Notes: generated by a model from the letters alone, not told the origin. DNA of 64,000 nucleotides from a virus (IMGVR_UViG_3300031555_003108:1-64000); one strand, 5' to 3'; positions 9,923-23,185 are shown, numbered from the stretch's first letter. Translations and numbers: made by a program.

Positions 9923-12900
9923 TTACTTTCCAAAAATATCAAGAGTCTCAATAATACTCTGAAGTCTATCTCTTTCTTTAACTACATCAATATAAGAATC
10001 TGTGCATTCATCATAATACCAATAGCCTGGCGCAGGAATATGAGCACCCATACCTTCATAAAACTGCAGAGCCTCAAAAGCTTCCTGCTGCTGCCAGGTT
10101 TTAATATGTACGTAGAAGGCTTCACTATGATCTTTTGTATCCTGAAACTTACTATCAAGCATAGTAATACCCTTGATATTTTCTAAGTGGTCCTGCCACT
10201 CCTGAGCCTCAGACTGATCATCAAATTCTCTGCCGTCAGTTGTTTCGTATGTATAAGTTGTATGTGTCTTAATCTTAATATCTGCCATAAGCCACCTCAA
10301 TAAATAATTTTTCTTATTATATAATACAATATCAGATATAGAAAAACAGCTACTCCAGAAAGAATAGCTGCTATTTATTTTACCTATTAATCATTTTATT
10401 ATAAAGCTCGCCATCAATATCAAGTCTCGCTCCCATCCAGCAAGTAGGGTAGTCTATCGAGAACCAGCCACCATCAGTAGTTCTTACAAAGTATACAGGG
10501 TTCCTATCATAGTCTGATACTGCCTTAACAAAGTAATCTGTAGCTGTAGCAAAAAGCCAATAGCATTCAATAACTTCATCTGCCCACTTAGACATAAGCT
10601 CAAGGTCTTCGCATTTCTCAAAAGGAATAACCTCTACTATCTTAGCAGTATAATGTCTGCTTAGACTTATCTTGCCGTCGTCGAAAATATGATATTCTTT
10701 TCCTACTTCCGGAACCGGCTGAAGTTTATAAGGTGTTGTATTAATAATTGTTACTGTTCCCATGTCAATACCTCAGTAAATATTCAATATGCTCTACTAA
10801 CTGCTCGGTAGTACTATTATCAAAGCCGCGGTCCAAAAGTACAGACTCCCTAAGCAAACATAAAGTATTATTCAATTTAACTTCTAGCTCGTTAACTTTT
10901 CTCTCGAGCTCATTAATTCTTTCTTCTTGAGTCATTACTTCTCCTCCAGCCACTTTAGAAGCTTCTGTTTACAATCTTCACAGAGTTCATAATCCATAGT
11001 TCCATTGTAATGAAAGTCAATCCAGATTTTTACAGATGGCGCGCACTTTAATATCTTATTACATTTATCACATATAGTTGCTTTACTCATCTTCGTTCTC
11101 CTTCATCATTTTAGCTCCACAGTGAGGGCAAAAATTTGATTTTACTACACAACCTTCATAACCTATCTCATGTGCACAAAGGCTACAAACTGTTTTAATA
11201 TCATAAGACATAGTATACTCATTACATGTTTTGGCCACGCCCCAGAAGCCACGACGTTCCTCAAGCTCTGCAGGCTCCAAGCACATAAGCTCACCTTCAA
11301 CAGCGCAGACTCCGTTATAGAAGTCCTCTCCGTCATGATAATAAGCAGGCTCTTTGGCGAGCTTATTAAGTATCTCATTAACATCACTTACTCTATAATA
11401 CTTCTCCATAAATTAATCCTCCACGTATCCGCTTACTATCGTATCAAGCTCTATCATGAAATCATATTCCTCATCTACGTCTACATTACTAAAGTCTATA
11501 GTATTCCTAGATACCTCACCGCCGCAGTTATACTCAACGTAAATATGAACTAAACATTTATTAAAATCCACTCCAACCCAAATACAATATAAACCAGACT
11601 TAGAGTGAACACACGTTTCATACTGGCAGGGTAGACCCACAACAGTTTTAGAAGTTTCTTCAAAACCATAATCCTGAATCCAGTGCCTAACTCTACTATC
11701 TTTATGAAATACTTCCATTAACTTCCTCCACAACAGCAGTATATTTCTCGGTTTTCTTCACGCCATCATCGTCATAATGTTGCTTAACCAAGTCTGCAAG
11801 CTTAATAATAGCTTCTTCAAAGGTGTCTCCACCACAATCAAGGTCAAAATCGTGTGTAAAGTATTGTTCGCTCCAAGGACCAACTTCAAGCCAAACTTCG
11901 GTCTTAGTATTTTTTGTTCGGTCATCATCAACTTCGCAGGTAGCGGGATTTACTTTGGCTACCATAATATACAATAAATCTCTGAAGTGCCTTTGAAACA
12001 TTTTATGTTCTAATAAAAATTCCCAAGCATCATAAAATGCATTAGCTTTAATATCATCATACAAACTCATTTTATTATCTACCTCTATATCCAAACATGG
12101 CATTAGCCTCAAGATCGTTTATATACTTACGAAGTGCCTTAGCAACTACGTCTTTTTCTTCTTTATAACATAGCTTAGGCTCATCTATCATATTAATACT
12201 ATCTAGCACCCTGCGGGCAAAATAGATTTCTTTCTCAGTATCCATTACTCTACTCCGTATTTCTTTTTTAGTTGAGCCAAGACGCTTGAAATAAATTCTT
12301 TGTTTGGTCGAACCCATCTGTTGTCTATTTCCAGCTCTTCATACAAATCAGCAAATATCTTCTCTGCTGTTTTCTGTTCTGCCTGCTTTATAAGATCATA
12401 TACTGCTTCAGCAGGTTTACACTTATCAAAGTTATAACAGTCTTTACAATAAGACTGAGCTTCTATACTATGACAGATAATTTTAGCCATATGCTGAACT
12501 CTTTCTTCTTTAGTCATACGGTCTCCTTATTAAATATCATCTTAGCAGTACACTTCGGGCAGGCATGCCACTTATATCCTACTACATCTGTTGAGCTCCT
12601 TCCAAGTTCTACTGCCTTATAGTTTTCTACTGTAAAGCCACAGTTAGCACATTCTACCCAAAGATAATCATTACGTGCTTCTCTTGTTTTCCAGCGGGCA
12701 GTTACAGGAATAGTAACGTTATTAGCAATCAAGTAATCTGCTACTGAATGCGGGCCCATAGTAACATGTGCTTTAATAAGTAATTCAACTATCTGCTGCT
12801 TAAAATTTTCATTACTCATAATAGTTCTCCGTCATTAACACTTTTTAATAGTTCTGCCTTAATAGCAACACTACGATACTTCCTACCCCAGTAGTAAAAC

Positions 12901-15132
12901 AATATGTCCTCAACATCTTCTTTCTTAAGACGGCTGTCAAATATAATATCTAACTTAGTATTATCATCTGCCGGACCGTCATAATCATTCTTACCTCGAT
13001 AGCCGGTAATTCTCCAAACGTTAGCTTTCTGGTCTTTCATAACTCTTATAAGTTCCTTCCTCTATACTATCTATTGCCTGAATAACTATAGCTTGAGCAA
13101 GACCATCATATTCAGCATCCGAGCTATGCCACATTAAAATAGGCTTAGTATCTATTTTTATAGTAGCAAGTGCTTGTCCACCAGCTTTTGGATCTTCAGA
13201 CAGCCAACCAACAACATAAATAGTCTCTTCCTCTTCAATATAGTATGGTCTAACGTCTGCATAAACAGTTGGTACTTGCGCTGTTATGTATCTTTTCATA
13301 TTTCCTCCAAAACACCATTAGCATTACGAATAGCAATAATCTTCTGCTGCATGACTTTAGCTTTATCGTGCAGCTCTTTGTACTCGATATAACCTAAGCT
13401 ATTCTTAGGATACTGATCCATAGCATTCTTGCAATAAGATATTTCTCCCTCACAATAAACTATCAGCTGCCAGATTTCATCCGGAGTAAAGGTAATAGAA
13501 ACATCTTCTTTTAATACATAACACTTAGTCATAAGTTATTTACCCTCCTTAATTCTCTGCTTACGCAATGCTTTAGACTCTTGCTTATTAAGCACATGCT
13601 CTCTTGTTGCCAAAATCTTCTTTATCTGTTCCATATTATATTCATTATTCTGACAACAGGCTGCACATTCAGGGCTATTAGAAACATAATAACTACCGCT
13701 GCATCCACTGTGATATAATGAATTACGTTCATTAAGTAATTGCTTAGTATGCTTCTTTTCCATGGCTTCTATATCAGCCTCAGAATACCTTGTACAAAAA
13801 TCAAAACACAACATATAAATCCTCCCATAATTTTACTATTATATAATACAATAAGGAGTAGCTTAATTTAGGCCACTCCTTACATTTTATAATTTACTTT
13901 TCACAAGGATTTTCTACTTTAAGCTGTTTAGCAAGTCTGCAGATAATATCATAGGCACTCTCTGCTCGAGCAAGTTTCTCAGCATCTTGAGCATCTTGGA
14001 CTGCCTTATGAGCTCCCATCAAAAATCCTTTAATAATAGTCTCTTCACCTTTAGTCATATTAAGTCTCCTTACGGTGTTTCATCAGTAATTTGTTCTAGT
14101 GCTTCTTCTACTGCTTCTTTAAAAGTAATATCCGGATTCTTAGTTTCCGGCACGTTCTGATATTCAGTATAAAGTTCTGACTCATAAACGTTTTCGGTAA
14201 GCTCACCTGTTGCGGACTTAACTGTATAAGTAAACTCTCTAAAGATAAAGCCGCTTTTCTTTGTAGATACTCCTGTAATCTCACAGGGCACGCAGAGCTT
14301 CTGTAGCTTTCTTTTATTAAACTCCGGCGGAAGAACAAGTAGTCTATATACCTTGTCTCCTACCTTATACTTTGGTGTTTTGCCACTACTGTAAGTGGCT
14401 GCCGCGTCAAACCAACCCATATTTAAATATCTCCTTTATAAATAACCTTCATACTAAATCCAATACTCTTCTCTGTTAATTTGGTGCTTACAGCCCTTGG
14501 GGCAATACTTATAAGTGTATCGAACTTTACGATTCTCATACTCATCTCCTCCGCTATTAATAGGATCAGAGTAAGTGCAGACTCTTTCATCGACAACCTC
14601 AGTCTCTACAAAGAAGCTCTTACTATGATAGTAGTCACCACACTTCTTACAGTAAGTAAACTCTCCAGCAAAGATTTTTTCAGCTATCTCTATAGATGCT
14701 TTTAATTCTTCAATCTCCGCCGCCTTCTTTTCCGTTGGACTACTACTATCTAAAATTTCTTTAATTATTTGATGCATTATTTTATCTCCTCTCAGCTATT
14801 TCTTATCTATTATTTCTATCATCTTGATAGTTACACCCCTGATACTTCATTAAGCAGATATGATCACAACTGGTAGGTCCATTACCACAATGAATCTCCT
14901 TTGCAAGATTAGGTTGCGTGCAGTAATAAGGATATTCATATTTTTCTTTCTTACTATATAGCTTGCACCAACGTACTCGCCATAGCACAAAAGGAATAAT
15001 AGTCTGGACACTCAAGCTATTACAGTCAGCACAATCTAACATAGCTTTATAATCAAATAGGTTCTTAAACTTTCTATGCCTACAGGTTCTACAGTCAGCA
15101 CAATATATGAATAAAGGAAACTTCTTTCTCAT
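9923..15132 (-). other. Run of short hypothetical genes, including zinc-ribbon paralogs 11083..11409 and 12514..12819
   Basis: Tightly packed minus-strand ORFs with RBSs; NFCPHCGAKM and ACPKCTAKM endings. Confidence 0.75.
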
Positions 15133-15143
15133 AATATGCTCCT

Positions 15144-15977
15144 TTAAAAATTAGTTATAATAACTTCTTTGCCTTTTCTATTATCACCGTTTCTATTAAT
15201 ACTCCGGCGAACGTCTACTTCATGAATATTATAATCTTTAAATAGCTCTCTGACAAAAGCAGTATCGTTATTGCTTACAATAACCTTACAGCCCTTACTA
15301 TTAAGTTTATCGCAGACAGACTTAAGTCTAATGGTATCTTCTTTAGACCAGCCCTCTTTTTGATATCCTACAAAACCGTCTGTTTTAATACCTTCATCTT
15401 TATCATAAGGTGGATCAAAGTAAACCCAATCACCAGGTTCTATGTCTCGAATAGCTTCTGCATAATCGCCTTCTCGAATTCTTACTCCCTTAAGAAAAGT
15501 AGAGAGCTCTCTAATAACATCTTCTTGAACAATATCAGGACACTTGCCATTCGATGTTCTGCCAATAGGAGTATTAAAATACCCCTTAGAATTTACTCTA
15601 TACAAGCCATTAAAGCATGTCTTATTAAGATAGATGGTTCTTGCTGCTCTTACTACAGGTGGTAAGTTAGCAAAGCCGGCTTCACGATCCCATGCTCTTA
15701 CTTCGTAGTAGTGCTCCTCACAGTGATCTTCCTGATGACCCTGCAACCGCCAGATAAGCTTTTCCGGCTCGTCTCTAATAACCTTATAAAGATTTACTAA
15801 CTCAGGATTAAGGTCACTAATTGTAGTATACTTATAACCTAGGTCAAAAGCTAAGGCACCACCGCCTATAAAAGGTTCGTAGAAAACGTGGCCATATAAT
15901 TTATCAGGGTCTACATATTTCTTGAGCTCAGGTAAAAGCTGTTGCTTCGAGCCAGCCCATTTAAGTATTGGTTTCAT
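15144..15977 (-). CDS. dam: DNA adenine methyltransferase, Dam/D12 class
   Basis: LKWAGSK, EPFIGGG, CFNGLYRVN, YFDPPY. Confidence 0.92.
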   Translation of the reverse strand: MKPILKWAGSKQQLLPELKKYVDPDKLYGHVFYEPFIGGGALAFDLGYKYTTISDLNPELVNLYKVIRDEPEKLIWRLQGHQEDHCEEHYYEVRAWDREAGFANLPPVVRAARTIYLNKTCFNGLYRVNSKGYFNTPIGRTSNGKCPDIVQEDVIRELSTFLKGVRIREGDYAEAIRDIEPGDWVYFDPPYDKDEGIKTDGFVGYQKEGWSKEDTIRLKSVCDKLNSKGCKVIVSNNDTAFVRELFKDYNIHEVDVRRSINRNGDNRKGKEVIITNF

Positions 15978-16227
15978 CTTCTGCCTCCTCGCTCTCAGGT
16001 GGTTCAGGTAAGTAGGTCCAATGAGTTACCATATCTATGCTACCAGGAATTCTCCAGGAATAGCCCCAGTCACCCCACTCACAATAACCTTCTTTTACCA
16101 TCTTCTTTCCACTGTACTGTTTACAAGCACAGAGCACTCTGATAGATACTTTACCATCTTTATATCTACCCTTCTTATCAGGGTCTATCTCTGGAAGTCT
16201 TTCATCTACACTTATCCAATTAGTCAT
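15961..16227 (-). CDS. DUF551-like protein
   Basis: WISVDERLPE...VTHWTYLPEPP. Confidence 0.75.
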   Translation of the reverse strand: MTNWISVDERLPEIDPDKKGRYKDGKVSIRVLCACKQYSGKKMVKEGYCEWGDWGYSWRIPGSIDMVTHWTYLPEPPESEEAEDETNT

Positions 16228-17570
16228 TTTCTTAATCTCCTGCGCTTTTTAAGCTTAGTAATCCAAGTAGTAATAGGTTGGATAATAAATAATATAGTCA
16301 AGGGGCTGAGTATACAGCTTAGACCAACACCGGCCCAATCGCTCGCTTTCGCTGGGGTACCTTCATCAATACAAATAATAACCAAGGTAGCCAAGGTATT
16401 AAGTAATAGCCAAGCAAGTATTATTATAGCAACTATCATATTTGTCTCTCCTCAAGTTTTTTACCACAGTACGGACAGTATTTAAAATCCTGGACTAGGT
16501 CATTATCAATGATATTACCACTAATCCAGTCCCAGCCTTCCCAAAGGACTTTCTCCAGAGTCTTTCCACAGCAAGTAAAGGTCTGCTTAAAAATCCTATC
16601 AGGTTTCATCTTAGGGTTTTCTAACGAAGGCTCTTCAAACACTTCTATAATTATCTTATTCATAATTACTCCTTAACAGTCTTTCGTGCCAGCCTCAGTT
16701 CTTTCATTCTTGTTTTAGCTTCTTCCTCTGTACTAAAGTTATCTTCTATAATAGTAGAATTAAAAGAAGGCTGCCAGTGCCAGCAATAAAGAGGTTCACC
16801 AGTCTTAAGCTCTTCTCCATAAATATAATAGGAAGCTACCTTAAGAGGCTTTCCCTTCTGGCCCCAGTATTCCATGATAGCCCACTTAGTTTCATAAGGG
16901 CCTGGATAATAAGCAAGTACCTTATCTGCTCTCTGTATCTTCTGCTCTATTGTCATCTTCTTCCTCCAACCATTTATCTAAATCAAAATCATCCTCTTCT
17001 TTTTTAGTCGCTGCGTCAATACAAGCTTGACAAACTGTCTTACCTTCTACAGCAGGTTCCTCAAAACACCACTGACAAAGAGGTTTCTTTTTGTGTGCAG
17101 CTTTATATAGAAGTATCTGTTGCTTTGCTACAACTATCATTCTTTGTAAAGGAGTTAGTTCCATTAGCATCCTCCTTAAAGTCTACTATAATAATTCTAC
17201 TTCTGTATTCCTCGGGAATATAATAAGCATCTCTAAACTGTGCTGTGGATATGTAGATAGGTTTCCCTGGTCTCGATAATATACTTTGACTAGGTTCAAG
17301 TCTTGTAAACTCAGCTCTCATATTATAGCTCCTCAAGTTCTTTCTGTAAGTCAAGCTTCTTGGTTCTACAGTATAGCTCAATGATCTCTGCCAGCTGTTT
17401 ATCATTTAAAGTAATCTCTATATCATTATTATATCTTGATGCGCCAATAGAAGCATGTCTTCCGAATAGCTTAAACTTCTGCCACGGGAAAGACATAGCA
17501 AAAGCTATCTCATCATAATATTTTATCTGCTGCTCAAGCGCTTTCGCTCTATCTAAAGTTTCTTTCTTCA

Positions 17571-18581
17571 TTATATCTCCTCAATATTAGCAAAGTCTAC
17601 TTTCTTGAAACGCTCAAAGCCGTTATCATAGGCGTCAGCCGACACTAATGCTACGCAGTCGCTACAGCAGCTATGCCAGTACCAATGACACTTTGCTTTC
17701 TTAGCACGCTTCTTGCAACTATCGATAGCAGTATCCCAAAGCTTCTTCATCTCTGTAGCATCAGCTTCTTCGTAGAGATCAAATAGCCTGTAGCAGCCAT
17801 CTTCAATTCCCCAAGTATTCTTAATAATGATTTCATATCTAGGGCTGCAACAGTCTCCACGGTCCTGAACAAAGCAGGTGCCTTCGTCAATCTCGTCCGT
17901 AAGCATTTCATAAACAGCCTTAAGCATTTCTTTGTCGTTCAAAGTCTTAGTATCTTCCTCAAGCTTCTTCTGCTTATAATGTCTTTCGAAGTAAGCTTTA
18001 GCTTTTGCTCTGCTGACATACTCTTTGTTGAAATCAGTGTAATGCATTTCTCTATAGAAAGCAAGGTAGGGTTCATCATGGATAAATTTAATATCGCTTG
18101 CGAATGCCCAAAGTCTATTAGCAGTAGGGCTCGCAAAATAAAGACCAAACTCTTCACATATCATAGAAGCAGAAGGCTTGAACTTATCTATCTCTTCTTC
18201 ATACTGAGCGAAGATATCACAGTGCAATCTATCAGTATGGTACTCTTCATGTGCTTCATCGCTTACGTCCTCAGACTTAGACACAGGCTCCCACCAGATA
18301 CCGTACTTCCAGCCGGGAGTTTCTTTAATATGAAAATGTACTACTGAGTTAGTTCCTCTGCCGAAGATGAAATAACCATCAAGATACTCTACATCTGTGA
18401 TAGTAATATCAAAGCCACACTCTGCTCTCAGAGCATCAAATACCATAGCAGTTGCCTGCTTATATACTTCAGCCAGACCTACAGCATCTGCTTTCTTAAC
18501 AGACTCGGTATAAAGTTCAACAATACTTTCAAAAGGGTTACTCATATCACATCTCCTCCAGTTCTTTAAGTAGTTTATCAA
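17571..18581 (-). CDS. Hypothetical protein, about 325 aa (start probably MSNPF)
   Basis: Long ORF with phage-like codon usage; no motif recognised. Confidence 0.7.
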   Translation of the reverse strand: MINYLKNWRRCDMSNPFESIVELYTESVKKADAVGLAEVYKQATAMVFDALRAECGFDITITDVEYLDGYFIFGRGTNSVVHFHIKETPGWKYGIWWEPVSKSEDVSDEAHEEYHTDRLHCDIFAQYEEEIDKFKPSASMICEEFGLYFASPTANRLWAFASDIKFIHDEPYLAFYREMHYTDFNKEYVSRAKAKAYFERHYKQKKLEEDTKTLNDKEMLKAVYEMLTDEIDEGTCFVQDRGDCCSPRYEIIIKNTWGIEDGCYRLFDLYEEADATEMKKLWDTAIDSCKKRAKKAKCHWYWHSCCSDCVALVSADAYDNGFERFKKVDFANIEEI

Positions 18582-19096
18582 GTCTCAGCTGCACAACAGC
18601 AATAAGCTCTTCCTCAATAGATTCTCCATAAGCCTGAACAAGTTCATCTAAGGTCTGCAACCCAGTGATCTCATCTATCAAAGCTTCATATGTTTCTATC
18701 TTATAAAGTAAGCTGGATACTTGTAAAGCTTTCTCTCTTGTCATGTTGTCGCCCTCCAGCAATCCATCAGTCTGTAACCTTCTCCTTGAATAAATTCTAA
18801 ATACTTTTCTGTAACATCTTCACCAGCATAATAGATAGCTTCGACTTCATCTACAAACAATGTTTCTTCTTTACTAAGCTCTCTTATCAATTCTTCCTCG
18901 GTGTCAATTCTATAAGATTTATATTTGCTCGGAAAGATCCCGTCATATGGAAATGCACCATAATCCTCAAAAGCTACTATCACTGTAAACTTATCTTTAT
19001 AGCTTCTACAAAGCTTTAACTCTTTCATTTATTATTAACCCCTTCAATAAATTTCTATATTATATAATACGATCTTTCCTAATAAAATTTTCATAT

Positions 19097-19130
19097 AAAA
19101 AGAAAAGTTCCTGATATCAGGAACCTTCTT
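19097..19130 (-). terminator. Intrinsic terminator after the nuclease gene
   Basis: gttcctga/tcaggaac inverted repeat with a U-tract on the minus strand. Confidence 0.65.
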
Positions 19131-19131
19131 A

Positions 19132-20364
19132 TTAGTAACTATATCTATTAAGAAATACTTGGCATAAATTTTGTTTGGCTTCTTTAGATAACTTATGACC
19201 TAAGCTGTTACAAATAGCTTCTAAACACTTAAGGTAATCAGCTTCCTCTAAACGTAAGAAGGGCTTACTAATAGTAATTACTGTAGCAAGTGTCTCCGGA
19301 AAAGGCTCTGCGCCAGCTTCTCTGATTCTAATAAACTTATAATTGTAGTTATCAGAATATAGTTTAGTTTTATTTATGTCCGATTCTATTTGCTTTCCTT
19401 TATGAAATCCGTGACCATCATATTCAATAGCAATGGGTTGTCCTTTAAAATTAAATAGAATATCTACATTTCTGTATTTAGTGCCTTGCAGCTTAGGTGG
19501 ATTTTTAATCTCTGCTTCTTCTCCAAAAATAGCTAGCAAAGCCGCTCGCAAGAAACGTTCGCTTCGAGAAGATTGACTACCCCTGCTTTTGTTAACACAA
19601 TTTATACAGCCATAATAATCATCTCTTACAGCATTATACAGCTGAGTTTCATAATCCTGCCCGCAGTCAGGGCAATGAAAAGGAAGAATTACTCCAGCAG
19701 TTTTTGTAAAATTCAAAACTACTTTATAATCGTTAGAGCGTTGCTGAAGCGCCTGCCAAAAGGTATCTGGTATTTTATCTGCATTATTACGATTAAGCCT
19801 AAGCAGCTCAGTATAACCAAAGCTCGAAAGCACCGCGTCTTTACCTTTAGCTTTATCTATAAATAGTTTATCAGGTAAGCGGTCCCAAACGGGTTTAGCA
19901 ATTTCTACTATGCTGCTTTCAGCATTAACTTTATTTTTAGCTACACCGTTTTTCTTGGCCGCACAACTTCTACATAGGACCATATCTGCAGCGGAGTAAC
20001 TACACTGATTATCTCGTGATCTAGATCTATAGCCATAAATATCCCTAGATTTTTTAGAGAGCTCAATGCCAGTACAGCCTGAACACTTAAAAATGTATTG
20101 AACTTTTCGGTCGTCTACCTTTAGCTTAGGCCAATTCAAAGGGTCCTCGTCTAGTTGTACCTGAGGCTTATTTATCTCAATAGTTTTTTCTACGTTCAAA
20201 TAATTTAATAAGCTTGCACTCTGGTTTGAAGCGGGTATTAAGTTACCGTTATCAAAGCCACCTATCTCATGCATGTAATATATCTGAGCAGTATTCTGGT
20301 TACCGCCTTCGTTAAGTTCACTCAGCTCTTCATAAAGCTTCATGAATTCATTATTTAAAAACAT
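19132..20364 (-). CDS. Zinc-ribbon plus Vsr/DUF559-like endonuclease with an N-terminal leader peptide
   Basis: Two CxxC...CxxC pairs; SRSE...VDILF...IAIEYDGHGFH...DINK...FIRIRE; N-terminus MFLNNEFMKLYEELSELNE. Confidence 0.7.
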   Translation of the reverse strand: MFLNNEFMKLYEELSELNEGGNQNTAQIYYMHEIGGFDNGNLIPASNQSASLLNYLNVEKTIEINKPQVQLDEDPLNWPKLKVDDRKVQYIFKCSGCTGIELSKKSRDIYGYRSRSRDNQCSYSAADMVLCRSCAAKKNGVAKNKVNAESSIVEIAKPVWDRLPDKLFIDKAKGKDAVLSSFGYTELLRLNRNNADKIPDTFWQALQQRSNDYKVVLNFTKTAGVILPFHCPDCGQDYETQLYNAVRDDYYGCINCVNKSRGSQSSRSERFLRAALLAIFGEEAEIKNPPKLQGTKYRNVDILFNFKGQPIAIEYDGHGFHKGKQIESDINKTKLYSDNYNYKFIRIREAGAEPFPETLATVITISKPFLRLEEADYLKCLEAICNSLGHKLSKEAKQNLCQVFLNRYSY

Positions 20365-20396
20365 ATACAGTATTCTCCCGTAATTTCAGTACTGTA

Positions 20397-20406
20397 TAAT
20401 TTAGCA
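20397..20406 (-). promoter_or_regulatory. Class D motif TGCTAAATTA
   Basis: Exact motif between the upstream terminator and the gene at 20364. Confidence 0.7.
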
Positions 20407-20408
20407 AT

Positions 20409-20443
20409 AAAAAGGCTAACTACCGGTTAAGATAGTTAGCCTT
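20409..20443 (-). terminator. Intrinsic terminator
   Basis: aaggctaacta/tagttagcctt stem followed by a U-tract on the minus strand. Confidence 0.75.
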
Positions 20444-20469
20444 CTACTTATTCTATTTATGTTAGTATA

Positions 20470-20892
20470 TTACTGAAGCCTCTTAATGCCGCCACCAAAA
20501 GATCTTACAGCAATATCACCAAACTCAGAAAAGAAGTCGTAGCTCTTATTCCAAGTATAAGTAAAAGCGTAGTATTCATTTTGGTTAATCGGGTTTATCA
20601 CGCCCAAGATATCTTCTACTCCGTCGCACTCACTAGGTACGCAGAGCATGGACCACAGATCTGCAGAGTCTAATATATTATGAGAGACAGCATAAACGAG
20701 GCATCCGTATTCTTCTTCTACTTCTTTAATCTTCTGCCAAAGCTCCGGTTCCTGATCCGCCCAGAAGCCAGCGTAGTTTTCAAAGAAGCAAGGTGTTCCT
20801 GCCTTAGACTTAAACTTTCTGATATAAGGTTTGTAGATGTCGAGTATCTCCAAACATTGTACTGCGATTTCTTTCTGTTGTACTTTATCCAT
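20470..20892 (-). CDS. Hypothetical protein, paralog of 24951..25355
   Basis: Both share QKEIA-x-QCL, LVYAV-x-H, WSMLCV and FSEFGD...G-x-I-x-RL. Confidence 0.75.
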   Translation of the reverse strand: MDKVQQKEIAVQCLEILDIYKPYIRKFKSKAGTPCFFENYAGFWADQEPELWQKIKEVEEEYGCLVYAVSHNILDSADLWSMLCVPSECDGVEDILGVINPINQNEYYAFTYTWNKSYDFFSEFGDIAVRSFGGGIKRLQ

Positions 20893-22850
20893 AGTATCCT
20901 CCTTAATTATAACTGATTATAGAATTCTTTAAGCATCTGCATTTTATTAGCCAGCTCCGAAGGTGAGCACTTCATCAACTCTTCAAACCCCAGTGTGCTT
21001 ACACCAAGGTCAGCTTTGCGTAGAATCTTACCGTAAGCTGCTATAGCATTACTGAGTTCTTTCTTAAGCTCTTCTGTCATAGTTACTCCATAATAAAATC
21101 TAAATGCTTGCAATCATCGAGCCAAGTAAACATAGGCTGGAACTTATCGCCCTCGAAGTATCCCAGAGAATAGTAAGCTTCGAAGTCATCATCGTTACAT
21201 TCCTCATACAGGATATTGCACTTCTCTGCAAGGATATAATCCCCGTAAGCATCAAGGTCAAGCTCGTAGTAGTTATGATTATAACTCGATCTTTCTTTCA
21301 GGTGGATCATTGCTTTCTTATCTAGCTCGAAGCTAAAGGTTACTCTTCTTGGATACATATCTTACTCCTTAATCTATCTTAAATACTCTCTTAAACTCTG
21401 CAATCTTTTTATTCTTACCCTCTATGATACCGTAGCCATAAGCATGCAGAAGCCCCTGCATAACTACAGGTCTTACATCTTCTGGAATAGCTTCCATCTG
21501 ATTCTGAAGTTCTATAACTACCGGACATACAGGTTCAGCCCACTCGCTATAAGTTCCATCTGAGCGCTGTTGAATAATCTTTCCATCTTCATACTTATAC
21601 CAAGTATCTCCATACATAAATTCAAATGACTTCATCTTTAGTTCTCCTTATACTGAATAGTAATATAAAGTTCGTTAATGGTTCCTACAGGCGTAGTCTG
21701 CCAACTAATGATTTCTACATTAGGGTTTTCTTCTAACCACTGGTTAAGATGATCCGCCGCATTATATCGATCATTATGTGTGCCCTTATAAACCAGATAA
21801 GGATGGAAAGTCTTAAACTTAATCTTCATTCTCGTCCTCCCAATCTTCCGGATAATCATACCAGTACTCTTCTTCGTAGTAATCCCCAATGTCATCATCA
21901 AAGAATCTATTTACTATAGTAAAGTAAGATCCATCATATTCTGCCCACCAAGTACCAAAATACCCAGGAACAGTTTTAATAACCTTAGCAATATCAGACT
22001 TAGACTTACAAGCTTCAAAGCATTTCTTTACATCCTCGATATACCTCATAGGCATAGTAAGAAGCTCCTCGAGAGATTGTTCATACTTCTTAACCTCCCA
22101 AGCAGGAAGAGGATCAGGCTTCTCTCTCAAGGTAATAGTTAAAGCTTCTGGTTTGATACCCATGAGCTTCAAGGTATTCTCTAGGTGCCGGTCCAGAAGT
22201 TCTTTCTGCTCTGGAGTAAGGTCTGCTTTAAAGTTAATTTCGAATTTCATATTAATTTACTCCGTATTTCTCTTTAAGTTCTTTAAGTGCTCTGACAATC
22301 ATAGCCACGTTGTCATGAGCACATCTATCTAAGATATCGTCTATCTCATCAAGTATCATGTTCTTACCTGCTTCGTAGCCTTCATCATACTTTGCTTCTT
22401 TGGCAATAGCATCCGTCAACCAGTTATTACTCATAGTCATCCTCCGGCATATCAGAGTAGTATTCGTCTTCATCTCTGTACCAATACTTAGGATCAATAA
22501 GCGACTGGCCAAAGAGATTGTACCACTTTCCACACTCACACTGTGTAGCTCCTTCATAACCGCCTTCGAGAACAACCTCCTTACCACAGGAGCAAAGACC
22601 AACAGCAGGATTCATATAGGTCCAGTCACGGACTTCAAATTCTGCTTCTGTGAGACGTTCATCAGTAAGGCAAGCTTCGTAGTTAGCCTTTGCTTCCGGG
22701 CTCATACAGGAGAAATCTGGCTCACCAGAACGAGTGGCAGGAAAACAGAACCCGGCTTCAGGATCATCCTTGTACCAGAAGTTAATGTAATACTCCTTGA
22801 TTGTTTCAGGGGTTCTTTCTTTTATAATCTTAAGCATTATGTACTCCTCC

Positions 22851-23000
22851 TTAATTAACTTTCATTCCGTTAGCATTACTTACTACTGTATAACGACCGT
22901 CACATTCTGCGTAGTCTTCTACGTCAGACCAATCACCCTGAGTAACTACCTTATTAGTTCGATTATCATATACGGTATATGTATCAATAAAACTTGTCAT
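22851..23000 (-). CDS. Small hypothetical protein (49 aa), not in the ORF track
   Basis: AAGGAGG RBS; MTSFIDTYTVYDNRTNKVVTQGDWSDVEDYAECDGRYTVVSNANGMKVN. Confidence 0.6.
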   Translation of the reverse strand: MTSFIDTYTVYDNRTNKVVTQGDWSDVEDYAECDGRYTVVSNANGMKVN

Positions 23001-23047
23001 AACAATCTTCCTCCTTTATGTTTAAGGTTCCAAGACAGAAGCCCAAG

Positions 23048-23136
23048 GAACTCCTATTCGTTTTACACTCGATTCGAACGAGACACAGAAGGCTCTCCGT
23101 TTCTGTGGCAAACCAATCTTACGTAATGAGAAGTTC
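23048..23136 (-). ncRNA. tRNA-like structured RNA (Y RNA/YrlA-like candidate)
   Basis: Non-coding leader behind a consensus promoter; T-arm CTCG-TTCGAAT-CGAG, stem CACAGAA/TTCTGTG, closing stems TTACG/TGTAA and GAACTTCT/AGGAGTTC. Confidence 0.5.
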
Positions 23137-23185
23137 AGATAATTTCCTATTGATCATGTAGTTCTTTATCGTCACTCACATATAT

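Noticed and set aside
23048-23136. Canonical tRNA gene
   Set aside because: The acceptor stem is only 5 bp, the central stem is 7 bp with a 10-nt loop, and there is no CCA; it is reported as tRNA-like instead.
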